Positions 30,250 to 56,606 of a stretch of DNA of 64,000 nucleotides are shown here, in pieces. The translations under genes were made by a program, and so were the position numbers. The notes beneath the pieces are model-generated. The model was not told where the DNA came from. It was given only the letters and a program-made list of their open reading frames with translations, and searched no databases. How positions within the stretch are numbered: the stretch's first letter is position 1; every line of letters starts with the position of its first letter. The stretch comes from the human T2T-CHM13v2.0 reference genome, Homo sapiens, in assembly GCF_009914755.1 (NCBI RefSeq), contig NC_060936.1; one strand, given 5' to 3'.

Positions 30250-33200
30250 TCTATGTAGTAATTATGGCATGGACAAGGGCTTAAGGACTTCTCCTATAAG
30301 CACAGTAACCACTGGTGAAATAAGATAGCATACAGTGTGAGAAGGTGTTATTCAAACTAAAGAGAAGGTTTATTATTTCGTTATGCTATTTTGGCCACTT
30401 GGGGATCATTTCATTTTCTACTGGTCTGTATGCTGCTTCCAGGATAGCTAAGGATTATTATCTTGATTGACCTTGACATATACATAAATGAGCCATAACT
30501 ATGTTTCTGTAAAGAGCTTAATAAGTCAGCACAGTATATGAAGGTCCAGAGGCAGTGAAGAGTGGACGGTTTTGCTAGAAGACAGATTCTTCCAAAGAAG
30601 CAACAACAGATGGCAATGGTGTCTGAATCCTATTTTCAAGAATTACACATTTCAGGCAGAAAACTGTGGGCTTATCACTACAGGCAATGGGAAGCTGCAA
30701 AAGACATGAATGGAGACTGCCACAAGATACTTCTGGGTCTTAAAGAAGATTAATATGGTAGTGATGGTCAGGAAAAAGATAAAGAACCTGAGAGGGGCCA
30801 ATTAGTACACTGTCCCTAAGAAAGCTTACACATAGTGACTTGGGGAGGGAAAGTAAAAGGAACTAATAGGAAAGGAAGAAATTGGGCCAAAGACAGTTTT
30901 GAGTATTAGGTGATTGACATACCAATACATAAGTACCTTAGGGCAACTCAGAAGGGGAGTGAGGATTTGAGGGATTTCAGGAGAATGAGTTTAATCAGAT
31001 ACATATTGAGGTTGTAACTGTATATCAGGTCTGGTATGATTCCTATTATTCATAATTTTCTTGAACCAAGTCACCAAATCAAAATCATGCAAATAGAAAA
31101 CAGTAATTGTCAGGGCCTGCCATTGAAAATGAAGTATAAGGTCATATCCCTAATTACATTTTTTTCTCCAATGCAATCCCACTCTAGTTCCTATATGAAG
31201 ACTACCATGGCATTGTAAGATCCCTATGAAAAAGTATTTCTTGTGTGAACATGCCCAGGGAAGTTAGAAATCCTCTGATCACCAAAAGCCAGAACAGATA
31301 CTGATTTGTGAAGTCAGTTAGGCCAACATTCCCTAGGTGTCCCCTGCTGCTAAGTGCCATCCGTGGGCTACAAACTGCTTAACAGCTTCTTTGTTAAACT
31401 GCTTGTTAACAAGGCCTTAGTGCATGGAAGATGCAGATCACAGGTTCTCCATTCAAAAGCTACTCCAATTCTCCCAGACTACATATGCAGGTGAATTAAA
31501 TTTAACTACAGACTAATTTAGCAGTACAGAAACATGTCACACATCCATTCTTTTCACAATACAAAATATACCACCCTTATGGATATACACATTTCCTTGT
31601 TTAGGATGTCCTTAACTTCAATCGAGATGTGAATTTTCCAGTAAAAGAGACACTAAACTGTCATTTCTTTAAAGGTTTCACACACTCAAGGGGCATTCAG
31701 TGCTTACTGTCTACTAAAGACAAAGTCACTGCCAACAAAGCCCAATTCAATTTCACTTATTTGAAAAATAAAAACATAATGAAGTTATCAGGAGATATTG
31801 TTTATGAAACATTCCTTTACTAAGTTTTCCATACGAGCAATTAGTGGCATTAGGCCATATGCCCTTTAGTATTTTCTGTATTTTCCAGGTAAACCTCCGT
31901 CCAGCATTTTCGAGGTAAACCTCCATCCAGCTTGTACATTTCCCAACAGCTGAGTGGGCTATCACACATCACCCAATGGTCAAGAAACTATCCATTTTTC
32001 CAAGAGGAAATGTGGAACTCTTTCAAAGCATTCTAATTTCATGCACAAGTACATTCCATGACAGTAAGAAACAAAAGGAGGAAACATGACGACAAAGCCT
32101 GGTCCTCCGCCAGCGCGGCGCTTCTAGGGTCAGATTATCCGCACACGAGTATGTAAAGACAAAATCCAAAATGCATGCCATGGAATGAGGGGCACCACAC
32201 AAGGCGGTGCTCTAATGAGCCCATTATTTTCCATAATGGGGGATGCAGATATTTTCTCAAAATCGTGTTCTCCTCAGTCTTCTATTGATTTTTTGGATTT
32301 CTATTTTCAACAGTGGCCCGAGGAAACGGCAGCCAGACTTGACTCCAATGTACACACAGACTCAGGTTTCGCCCCGTCACCTGTTGGCTCCTGAACAACA
32401 ATCCTCTTTGTGAAACTTACAGCACCCATTTGAAACAAGTTTCCAGAGAAAACACTTCAAGAAAGTGTTTGAGAAGTCACAAGACTCGAGTTGTAAAAAC
32501 AAATTCCACACATAGCCTGGCTTATAAGGACACAGACTAACGGGAAAGGCCGAGCTTTTAAAAATGGGGCTGGAGGAAGCGAGAAGGAAAGGATGTCACC
32601 GTACTTTGGGAAAACTCAGCCGGCCAATTCTTGATGGGGCTGCCAGTGATGGCTGCAGGGGGTCCCCTGGGTCGTCCCCATCCCCGCCGCCGCAGCAGCA
32701 GAGACGCCTCAGAGCGGGCGTCGGCGCCCCCTGGGCCCCGCAAACTCTGCGCTCCAGGCGGCGGCCGCTGCTTAGGCCGCGAGGGGGCGCCCTGGGCCGT
32801 GGGTCGACCGGCTCCAGCCCCTCTCTGCGTCCCCGGCCCCAGGAGCCAGAGGCCGAGCTCAGGACGCAGAGGCAGCGAGCGAACCCCTCCTCGGCGCCGA
32901 CGCGAAGCCCCGAGAGAACAGTGCCCCTTGTCCTCCAGCATAGAACAGTCGCCTTCGAATTCCCCGTTACCCTCCTCCAGCATAAAGCCTCGCGCCGCTC
33001 TTGGCGCCGTGTCACCTCCACGGAGCAGCACTCGCCCTGCGGCTGGACGGTGGGGCCGAGCAGCCACGGGTCCCCACGTCTGTCCCTCAGCTTCCAACGA
33101 GAAGCCCCTCGCCGGCGCGCACCCTGCAGCCCTCCCGCGTTCAGTCCCCGCCGCCGGCTGCCATCCAGCCCTGGGACCCAGACAGCGGCTCCCACCTGCG

Positions 33201-33577
33201 GCCCGGACAGCGGCCGAGCGCGGCCTGCAGCCCCTCGCGGCGCCGGCCCCTGAGCCCTCGGCGCGCACTAGCCGCCCGCCCGCTCTGCGTCTGAAGGAGG
33301 CTGGCGGCCCGGAGCGGGAGCGGAGGACTCCCGAAGGAACAGAGGGCTGGGTGCCCTACGAGTCACCCGCACCCACTCATTTCCGGAGGAGACCCCAGCA
33401 GGGTGGGGCAGCAAGCACCGGGTCCCCACTACATTGCAGCGGACCGCGCCCCCGGGTCGCGTCCCGGTGCTGGCCCCGCCTGGCGGGCGAGGGGTCGCCC
33501 CCGCCCCGCCGTGACGCACTTTCCCCCCCGGCCGGTCCCCGCCGAGCTCCCTGGCGGCGCAGCGCGGCGATCCTCAC

Positions 33578-33805
33578 CCGCTGCAGCCCCTCAGCAGCCG
33601 TGAGGCATCCCACAAAAGGTCCTCCAGCTCCGCAGAGACCCTCGGTCCCTGCCGGCGTGACGGACTCTGCTCCCCCGGGTTGGAGTCACCTCGTCCAGGC
33701 CACTGCATCCCCCAAGCCCCAGCTCCGCGTCCTTCCAGGATCCTCCTCTGCGGGGAGAAAAACTCGTCTCCGCTCAGCGCCGGGAGCCCGCCTGGGGCCG
33801 GCGAT
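33578..33805 (-). other. PRICKLE1: Predicted non-coding 5' leader exon
   Basis: Upstream T31 tract, then ctgattacttttgaag| acceptor at 33806; donor CGG|gtgagg at 33577. Confidence 0.5.
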
Positions 33806-33828
33806 CTTCAAAAGTAATCAGAGCCCGC

Positions 33829-33831
<3 letters not shown>

Positions 33832-33862
<31 letters not shown>
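33832..33862. repeat. Poly(A)31 tract inside the CpG island
   Basis: Direct reading; no adjacent SINE body. Confidence 0.97.
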
Positions 33863-33866
<4 letters not shown>

Positions 33867-35949
33867 CCATTTAGTTTCCTGCCGATCCCGCCCTTCGATC
33901 CCAGCCGGACCCAGCTCCCCGCTCCCGCCCGCGGGCGGCGCCTGCCCAGCCTGCTCCCGCCGCCGCCCGCTTTCCAGGAACTGTCACTGCTGACCGTGCC
34001 CCTGGCCGATCTCCACGAGGTCCCGCGCGCACAATTCCTCGAAAAGTTACCCACCCCCTTGGCCAGCCTAGCGGCTCGAGCACCTACCGCCGCCCGCCCG
34101 CTCCATTCTCCGGAGCCCAGTGAGTGAAGCCGCTAAGATGCAAATACCCTAGGACGCTTATGTAAACTTCCCCCTCCCGCAGGTGCACGCGCGGGCCACG
34201 AAACGCTGGGAGAATATGAAAGGCCACCTCTTAAAGAAATCATCTCCACTCTGCCCATAACAATGATGTCAGCAAATGGCACATTTAAGCAAGTTCTCAC
34301 TTAGAAGGGCTCATTAGCATATGAATTCTCTTAGGACTTTCCCTGCATTTCGGAGTGATTCCTACTGCTTAGCGCAGGAGATTTATTTTTATCAGTAAAT
34401 AACAGCAAAGAAAAGGAGCCAGGTCACGCGATGTACTAACTCAAGTACACTACTGAGAGTTTTTACAAATAGGTTAAGTGAATATCATTATTCAAACACA
34501 AGGAAGTGTCCCATACTGAAGCTAATCTTGTTTCTGAGCTATTTGTAGGTACACTGAGAGAAAGTGGAGTTTGGCTTCAGTTGTCTACAGAAAGGGTCAA
34601 GAGAAGCAAAACATACCCTCAAAGCAAGCCCAGAAAAAAAATGATAGATTAGTACTCATCAGTAGAGGTCTAATCTCTTCTGAACTACAAATTTTAGTTT
34701 CCACTATAGCCTCCTTATCACAAGGTGATAGAAATACCAAGAGAATGAAGGGGAAAATGCAATATTTAAGAGCTTCATCAATTTGTAAAATATCAGTAAA
34801 TAAAAGCAATTTAAAGTGGTCACCAGTTCCTTTGGTATCTTTTTTTTTTTAAGCTAAAAAATAATCCTGTACCATCAGGATTCCTTGGGAGTGATTTGCA
34901 ACCTATGTGGTTCTACAGTATACACGTGAACAATAGCTCATTGTAACTGTGATTTAAAAATACATAAACAAGTTGCCATAAATAGATCAGTCAAGTAAAT
35001 CACTCTGTGGCCAAATTCTGTTATCTCAGCTACAAAGTAAGGCAGCTGAGAAGTTTTTTTTTTTTTTTTTTTTTTTGTTACTCTCTTAAAGTGGCAGAAA
35101 CAGAAAAGTTGTGGCTCTGCTGGTAGACTAGTTTGGAAACACTGATTCGGACAACACAATTTGTAATTCAAATAGACTCTTTATTGGCCAAATGGATTCC
35201 GGTTTTGAAGACGATTCCCAAAACGTTCTGATATAGAACTCTTCTGGCCTTAGGCCTAATTTAGGGATTTGTGGGAAGACTTCAAAGGTTACCATTTTCC
35301 TCTGTGGATCTGTAAAATTAACCATGAATACCTAGGTCAGATTTCCTTTTTCCTACTTCACTCTGTTTGGGCTTCCTCAGGGAAGAGTTCAGCTACCTAC
35401 CTATAGGAGAAATGCGCAATCAATTATTGATTTAAATCAAACTCTGAAATATCATATGATTATGATAAAGGGAGTATCAGCAGGTGAATACATTAAGCCA
35501 GGCAGACCCTTTTTGGAATAGCTTTTAAAGGACAGCTACATTAGGCAACAAAATACTTCCAACTACAAACTATAGCAGCACTTATCACTATTAAATGTCA
35601 GCCATTGTAAATGTGCTTCCTCTAACGCAGTTACTTGTAAATACGTTTTGTTATATTTTCAACAGGTACTGTCATGGTTTATTACCCATTGTAAGCGTTT
35701 TTAGTGATGAAGCAGTGTGGAGACAGTTGCAAGCTTCCTACAAAGGTTCAATCTCAATGAAACAGACTTTAGTCTGGTCTGAAAGGGGTTGTTATTGTCA
35801 AGGGTGAACTTATGCAGAATGGAGAGCAAGGCCCCCAACCAGCATCCTTTTGTTTCAGCCAGGTGGAATATTCATGCTTGCAGATCACACTTTAGGGGCC
35901 AGTTGAGAAAGGAAGCCCAAAAATTCACAGGGCTTGGTTCCCTCGCTCC

Positions 35950-36215
35950 ATCCTGGTCTTTGCTCTAAGGTCATCTCTACAGAGAAGGCTTCAACTCCCT
36001 AACTAAAATATCACCCTCCCTCCATTTGCAATATTTGTCTGCAAAGCACTTAGCATTGCCAGGTATTTACATGTCTATTTGTTTATCGTTCGTTGTCTTT
36101 CTCCTTTCCTAGAAGCTGGGGACTTTGGGGACTCACTACTGTATTCTCAGCACCTAGAATGATGCCTGGCACATAGCAGACAAATTTAATAAACATGAGT
36201 TAAGTGAATGAATGA
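35950..36215 (-). mobile_element. L2 3' end
   Basis: tcactactgtattctcagcacctagaatgatgcctggcacatag...aataaacatgagttaagtgaatgaatga. Confidence 0.75.
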
Positions 36216-37570
36216 TTCTCAGACATTATTCTTCTCAGGCCCTCATAAGTATACTATACCTGTACAAGTCTGTTTCTAATCTAAAGTCAAGCTGAACTAC
36301 AATGTCCTAATGGAGGAGAGGATAATAGAAAATCAGAAATATGCCAAAGGCAGAGAAATAAAGAGGCAGCATTTTGTTTGTCAAATGTCAGCCAGCTGCG
36401 TTGGGTCTGGTAGAAAGAGATAAAGGACACAGTACAAAGCCAACTTTGGCGCTAATCCCTGGTTCTTCCATGTTGTGTATATAGTGACCCTGAGGTCTTT
36501 TCTGCTCCTTGCCTTCATTTTTTCCCTTCTAAAAAGACCTCCTTTTTAGTTTTAAGGGTAAGAGTTAGTTGCTCTTGGTATCAGACATTTGAAAGGATTT
36601 ATAACTACTGTAAGTTCCAGCAATCTAGGAAGAATGTATTTAAATGATTAGATGTCTTTCAGGTTTCTTAATAGAAATGAGAGATCAAAGGCTCTGATAA
36701 TCACAAATGACATCTAACCTAAATTTGAGGGGCAGTTGGCAGATGTAGTATTAAATAGGGTGGCAGTTCTAGTTTTCAATGCGAGCATATTCCAGAACAG
36801 CAGTTTGGTTGTTCTGACTATGTAGATAGGTATCTAAAAGAATCACAAAATCAATCATACAAATGTAGAGTTCACAAAACCCTTGGGATCCTACATCTTA
36901 CCCAGATGAAGAAACTAATATCCAAAGGAATCACTGTAATGATATTTTGTTTCTTTCCAAATTTGTTACTGCTGAAAGTTTATGCCAAATGTGTTACTTT
37001 CTTGTCAATTTTAAACATTTCTGTTGTATCCCCGATTGGTCATTATACCCTGGTGGGTCATTGAACATTTGCAAATTCTAGTTACCATTACCTGGGTCTG
37101 TGGCATCCCCAGGGAAGGGCCCCAAGGCAGATACCAAGCTCTTCTTAGGGCTAACAGGCATTATAAAGTTTTATAATAGGTTGCAGTTTCCCAAGGTCTC
37201 CAATTACTCTTTCCCCTTTGATTATATTTAAAGCAATGTGATTAGAGAGCACTGGTTCTTTAACGTTTTCTACACCCAATCCCTCTTTAGATTTACTACT
37301 CCAATAATCCTAGGCACCCATCCCCTCCCTGACCCTCCTTCCTTTGTGAGGGAGGTAAACTCTCCCTTCACAGTACCCTGATGCACTGGGTTTGAAGTTA
37401 GGAGACTTAAATGTCTATTATCTGTCAATTACTATGTGACAATGGGAGGAATCACTTCTCTAAGGTGTTGTGTTTTTCATCTCTAAAAATGCTGGAGTTT
37501 GGATTAGGTCAATGTTTAGAACTTTTGAGGAGAGAACACAATCCACTTTCCAACTAAAACAAAAAATCTC

Positions 37571-43720
<6,150 letters not shown>

Positions 43721-43739
43721 ATTAACTATTGACTCTGTA

Positions 43740-49880
<6,141 letters not shown>

Positions 49881-51107
49881 TAATACCATATTATTTCAGC
49901 CAGAAATGAAGCAATGATTGTCAGTCTCATTTAGGGGAGCTCAATGACAATATTTTGGCTTTGCTGGCCTTTCGGACCAAAGAGTTATACAGCACAAAGG
50001 CCAAAACATAGGGGACCCTCCAACACACACACCAACCCTGGAGATAATCAGACAAATGACACCCTGAGCTTTCTGAAGCAGTTCATTGTACCATCTTAAT
50101 TTCTATAGATACAAAATCATTTTATTGTCCAAATACAACAAAACTAGCCTGTATTTGAAGATCTTTATATAATAGTTGCTCTGTTGCCTATTAGGCATTA
50201 CCAGTATCAGTACGTACTAAGCACTTAGTCAAAGACAGCACTCTTGGATGAGTTCAGCAACCCAACCATCACCTCTTCCACTTAAATGCAGATTATGCTG
50301 AACAAAAGAGAGACCATGAGCATGGTTCAGTTGTTAGTTTGTGTGTAACGCATTCTACTGAACGTATCTCACATGATATCCTGAAGGCAATGAAGTAATG
50401 CAGCCATTAACAAACTTTTCAGACAAAATTGATTATAGCTCAACTCATAGCACTATAATACATTTTTCATTAATTTTCTTTTTTTTTTTTTACTAAAATC
50501 TTTCAGTTTCAACAAATGAAAAAAAAGCAATAGAATTAATATTCTTTCTAGCAGCATATCTGGGCAATTCTAACAATATGTCCCCAAACAAAAATTTATT
50601 GCAGATGAGCTCAAATAATAGGAGACTATTAGAACTCGTATCACATGGGCTTGTAAAGACAATCTACTTTCTGCTGAAGACCAAACATTTTTACTTAACA
50701 CAAACTCTAGTTCCAATTAAAGACAGCTGAGTACATTGTTACTTTTATAATAGACTAGATCACATTTCCATGGTCAACCATTTCTGAACTTATCAGCTTT
50801 TCTTTCAAGAAATTCTAACAAGATTCCAGCAATCTCTGAAATGCTTCTACCTATTGGAAAAGTGGGTTTGGTGGGAGCGATTTAATGAAGACTAAAAGTA
50901 TGATTTAGGAAATCATTTTATGACATCACATTTTAAGGATCTGAACAGTCTAAAGGTTTTTTGAAAGAATCCAATGATATGGCTAGACAATCTCTGTAAA
51001 TGGAGCCACCGCTCAAAACATAAAAGAAGAGAGCAAGGCCGGGTGCGGTGGCTCATGCTTGTAATCACAGCACTTTGGGAGGATGAGGCAGGCAGATCAT
51101 GAGGTCA

Positions 51108-51493
<386 letters not shown>

Positions 51494-51938
51494 TCAGGCA
51501 AATTAAAATCTACTACAGAAAAATGCTTGTCATTCAGTTTCTCATGCCTAATTAAGAGATTTCTTAGGGAGAATAAATATGATGATCACACACATAAATA
51601 TTTGGGATCCTTGAAACATCCAGGCATTATGATGCTGATGCTATATAAATAACAAATTTAATTAATAGTGGAATTATAAGGGGAAAAATAATTCAAGACA
51701 ACTGCTAGTGCATTATCTGTACTGCAAATTTTCTGTGCTTGTGAGGAAAACACTCACTGTTGCCATCAACACTGCTAGGAGCAATTCGAAGAAGGTGGGC
51801 TGGGACTTTTGCCATGCTACTTCTAGAAGCCCGTCAATAGGTGTGACAGTTAATTTACAGAATGGCCTGGAATGAATGGACATTTATAGTTTTCTGTTTG
51901 TGTTTTGTCTCAGAAGGGTAAATACAAGGCCTACTTAA

Positions 51939-52337
<399 letters not shown>

Positions 52338-55187
52338 TGATCTTGAACTTGTAGGCTCAAGCAATCTTCCTGCCTTGGCCTCTCAAAGTGTTGGGGTTAC
52401 AAGCATGAACCACCATGTCTGGCTTGTGTGGTTTTTTAAAAAAAATATTTATTCTCTTCTCCTTTCTACTTTCAACTACCAAGGATGCACATTTTACACT
52501 GGAATGTATTTTCAGAGCAGACGCGGGAAAGGGCCGAGTCTTAGATGTCTTTTTTTCTCTATTTCTTTCCTTCCCTGTAAGGTTTTTCTTTATGGAGCTT
52601 TCAGTTTTAGGTTTCCATAACCTCCTAATGCAAAACAGGCTAAGAAGAGCAACGAATGTAACAAACCACATGTTGCTTTGCTTCTCTCTTTTTGAGGAGG
52701 AAAAATCCAGCTTCCAAGAAGAGTATGCAAACTTGCAGTTAAGCTGAAATTAAAGATGTTTTAAAGGTTTCTTAACCCTGGTCTTGGCCATCTTGTAATA
52801 TTTTAAAATGTAAACGGAAACATATGATTACGATAAACTCTGATTCTACTTAAGAACAAACAGAACATGTTAAGTCCATGGGTAATAGTTTACTAAATCA
52901 ATTTGGACTTGTGGGGCAATCTGAATATTTTCACCTAGGCCAAAGATAAGAGACGCAATACAAAAATTAACTTTTAAGCATTTCACTGTGAAATCAACAC
53001 TTGTGCATTCTGAGCCTTGGATTAACAATCTATATCTGGGCTCCTGCAGACTTGCATAAATTATTTAAAAATTTTATGGCTCAATTCAGCTGTCAAAGAG
53101 AAGAGCCTTTTGACAACATTTCACACCTGTTACTTATCTAGTAAAGTCCTGGGCTTAGTTACTCCCACCTGGGATGAGCATGTCCAGACTTCCCGCACAC
53201 TCATTGTACACAAGGGGATAGATTCTTTGCAGTGCTGGGTAGTAAAGAAATTAAGACACACTAAAATCCCCAGAATTTTCCCAAAATAGACTATCACAAT
53301 ACAAATCTTAACTAAAGTAACTACTGAGAAAAGAACACAGACCTTACAGAATGATCATGAGAGATGGTCTATTTGAGCTCTTCAGTGTAACATACACACA
53401 CAAAACAAACAAGAGCCACTGACTTCAATACTTGTTCTAAGGAAAGCACTAAAGTAAAAATTAAGAAAGCTGATTTCTCTTCTGAGTCTTATAGTCATAG
53501 AAGGGTGAATGCACAAAAATAATTCATATATGAATATCCCTAGCCATTGGGGTAATTCTCAGCTATGGGAATCTGATTTACCTCCTCACCTTCTTTATAC
53601 CTTTTCCAACTCACTTAATAAAGGGATGAATGCTAGGTCACACCTGAGGTTCCTGTAATCTCCCGAAATTCCTCCCAGTGTCCTCCCATCATGAATCTGC
53701 CTATAATTCAAAAAGCGGGTTCTGGTTATTTAGTTAAGTAGCAAAGGGAATTCTTGGGGAAAAGTGGTTTGAGACCAACTTTAGCTTAAATTCTAGGTCT
53801 GTGGCAAAAAAACAGAATCAAAAACCCACTTCCTCACAAAAATCATATGTGGATTTTAGAAGTTCTAAATGATACCAGAATATCAACTCTGTGGATGGTT
53901 TAAAAAAGGGAGGAAAATGAGATATGAAGAAGAGCGAGGTCTGAGGAAAATTCTGTATCATAAAACGTGAGGACCCGTAACAAGCAGGGGATGTTAGCAG
54001 TTGATTGCAGATTTCTGAAAATAGAGGCCAGAAAAGGCTCAGAGGCACCACTCCTGGATGTGAGTCCTGGGCATGGTGCCAAGAAAAGAAACTTCTTACT
54101 CAGGAATATTTGGTGGGCAGAGTACAGGGAAACTGCTTAGTTATAATTCAAGTGACTTTAAGGAAAATACTCTGACTGGGGAATCAAAGAATACCTGCCT
54201 CCAAAAAGCACATTTAGTGGGCAGAAAAATCTGCACGGAACTAGCGTTGCTCTGGAACTGACTCTACAAATGTGTTGCTTCTCTCCTTTTGCAGCACCCA
54301 AGCTTAGTAGGTGTATGAGGGAGCTACTGTTGATGTAAAATGAGTTTTGTTGAAACTGCTGAATGAGATTTGTATTAGTTAGTGCTCTGTGGCTGTAAGT
54401 AACAGAAACCAAAGTAACTTAGGGGGAAAATGGTGAGGGGCAATAATTCATTGGAAGGATACAGAGGTGTCTCAGGCTAACACAAGGGCGGGAATGCAGC
54501 TGAGCTTCAAAAAATGGCTATAATTCAGAAATGGAAAACCCCCGGACATTTAGACAGCATTCTTTCTCCATTCCTGTCTCTGCTAATTTCTGGTTTAACA
54601 CTTTATTTTTCTCTCGTTGCAGACAGACAGGACTTTATGGCTCATTGTTCTGTAAGGTTAAAACATGGTCACTTAGCTGGGCACGGTCACTCATGCCTGT
54701 AATCTAGCACTTTGGGAGGCTAAGGCGGGTGGATCACCAGGTCAGGGGTTTGAGATCAGCCTGACCAACATGATGAAACCCGGTCTCTACTAAAAATACA
54801 AAAATTAGCCGAGCGTGGTGGCGGGCACCTGTAGACCCAGCTACTCGGAGGCTGAGGCAGGAGAATCACTTGAACCCAGGAGGTGGAGGTTGCAGTGAGC
54901 CTAGACTGTGCCACTGCACTCCAGCCTGGGCAACAGAGTGAGACTCCATCTCAAAAAACAAAAAACAAAAAACAACAAAAACACGGCTACTTCACAGTTC
55001 TGGGGTTAGGATCCATTATGATTGCAAAGGGTCCACCCCTTGGCCATGTATCTGTGTGGGTAGATGGATCTGGATTTGTGTGAGTGTTTGGGCTGGAGGC
55101 CAGTAATTCAGCAAAGGTGGAACAGTTTTGTCCTCCACAGGTATTCTAAAAATGTCATTTAAATGGATTAAAACATTCTATTTGTAG

Positions 55188-55765
<578 letters not shown>

Positions 55766-56198
55766 TACAGACATCATTCACTTTGGTTACCAGCTCTCCT
55801 AAAAAAGTGGTAACGTTGTGGAATAAGAACAAAAAGTTATTTTAAGTTTTCATTCATTAGTTGGTTAAGGCGAAATTCTACCCGGACATCGCAAAGTCTT
55901 CAAGGTTGCGTATCAAGCACCCATGTTGCTGAGTGACTCTCAGGACTTTTATGAAAAGTTCCGAAGGGGAAGTGATTTTAGGGATTTGACCCATCTGAGC
56001 TAAGATGTCTTTCTCAAATGAAAGTTAACTTCATTAATTATATAAGTAAAAAATGTTCTTTTTTCTTTCTTTCTTTTTTTTTTTTTTTTGAGATGGAGTC
56101 TCTCTCTGTTGCCTAGGCTGCAGTGCAATGGCGTGATCTGGGTTCACTGAAAACTCTGCCTCCTGGGTTCAAGCGATTCTTCTGCCTCTGCCTCCTAA

Positions 56199-56606
<408 letters not shown>

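Larger units (their letters stand above)
32560..34210. promoter_or_regulatory. PRICKLE1: CpG island, probable proximal PRICKLE1 promoter and 5' non-coding exons
   Basis: Very GC- and CpG-dense block with GC boxes ~10 kb upstream of the first coding exon; minus-strand donors GCG|gtaggt (34087), CGG|gtgagg (33577), AGG|gtaacg (32970). Confidence 0.9.

Noticed and set aside
32558-34083. Several 66-236 aa ORFs on both strands in the CpG island
   Set aside because: Low-complexity Arg/Gly/Ala/Pro peptides expected from stop-codon depletion in GC-rich DNA.
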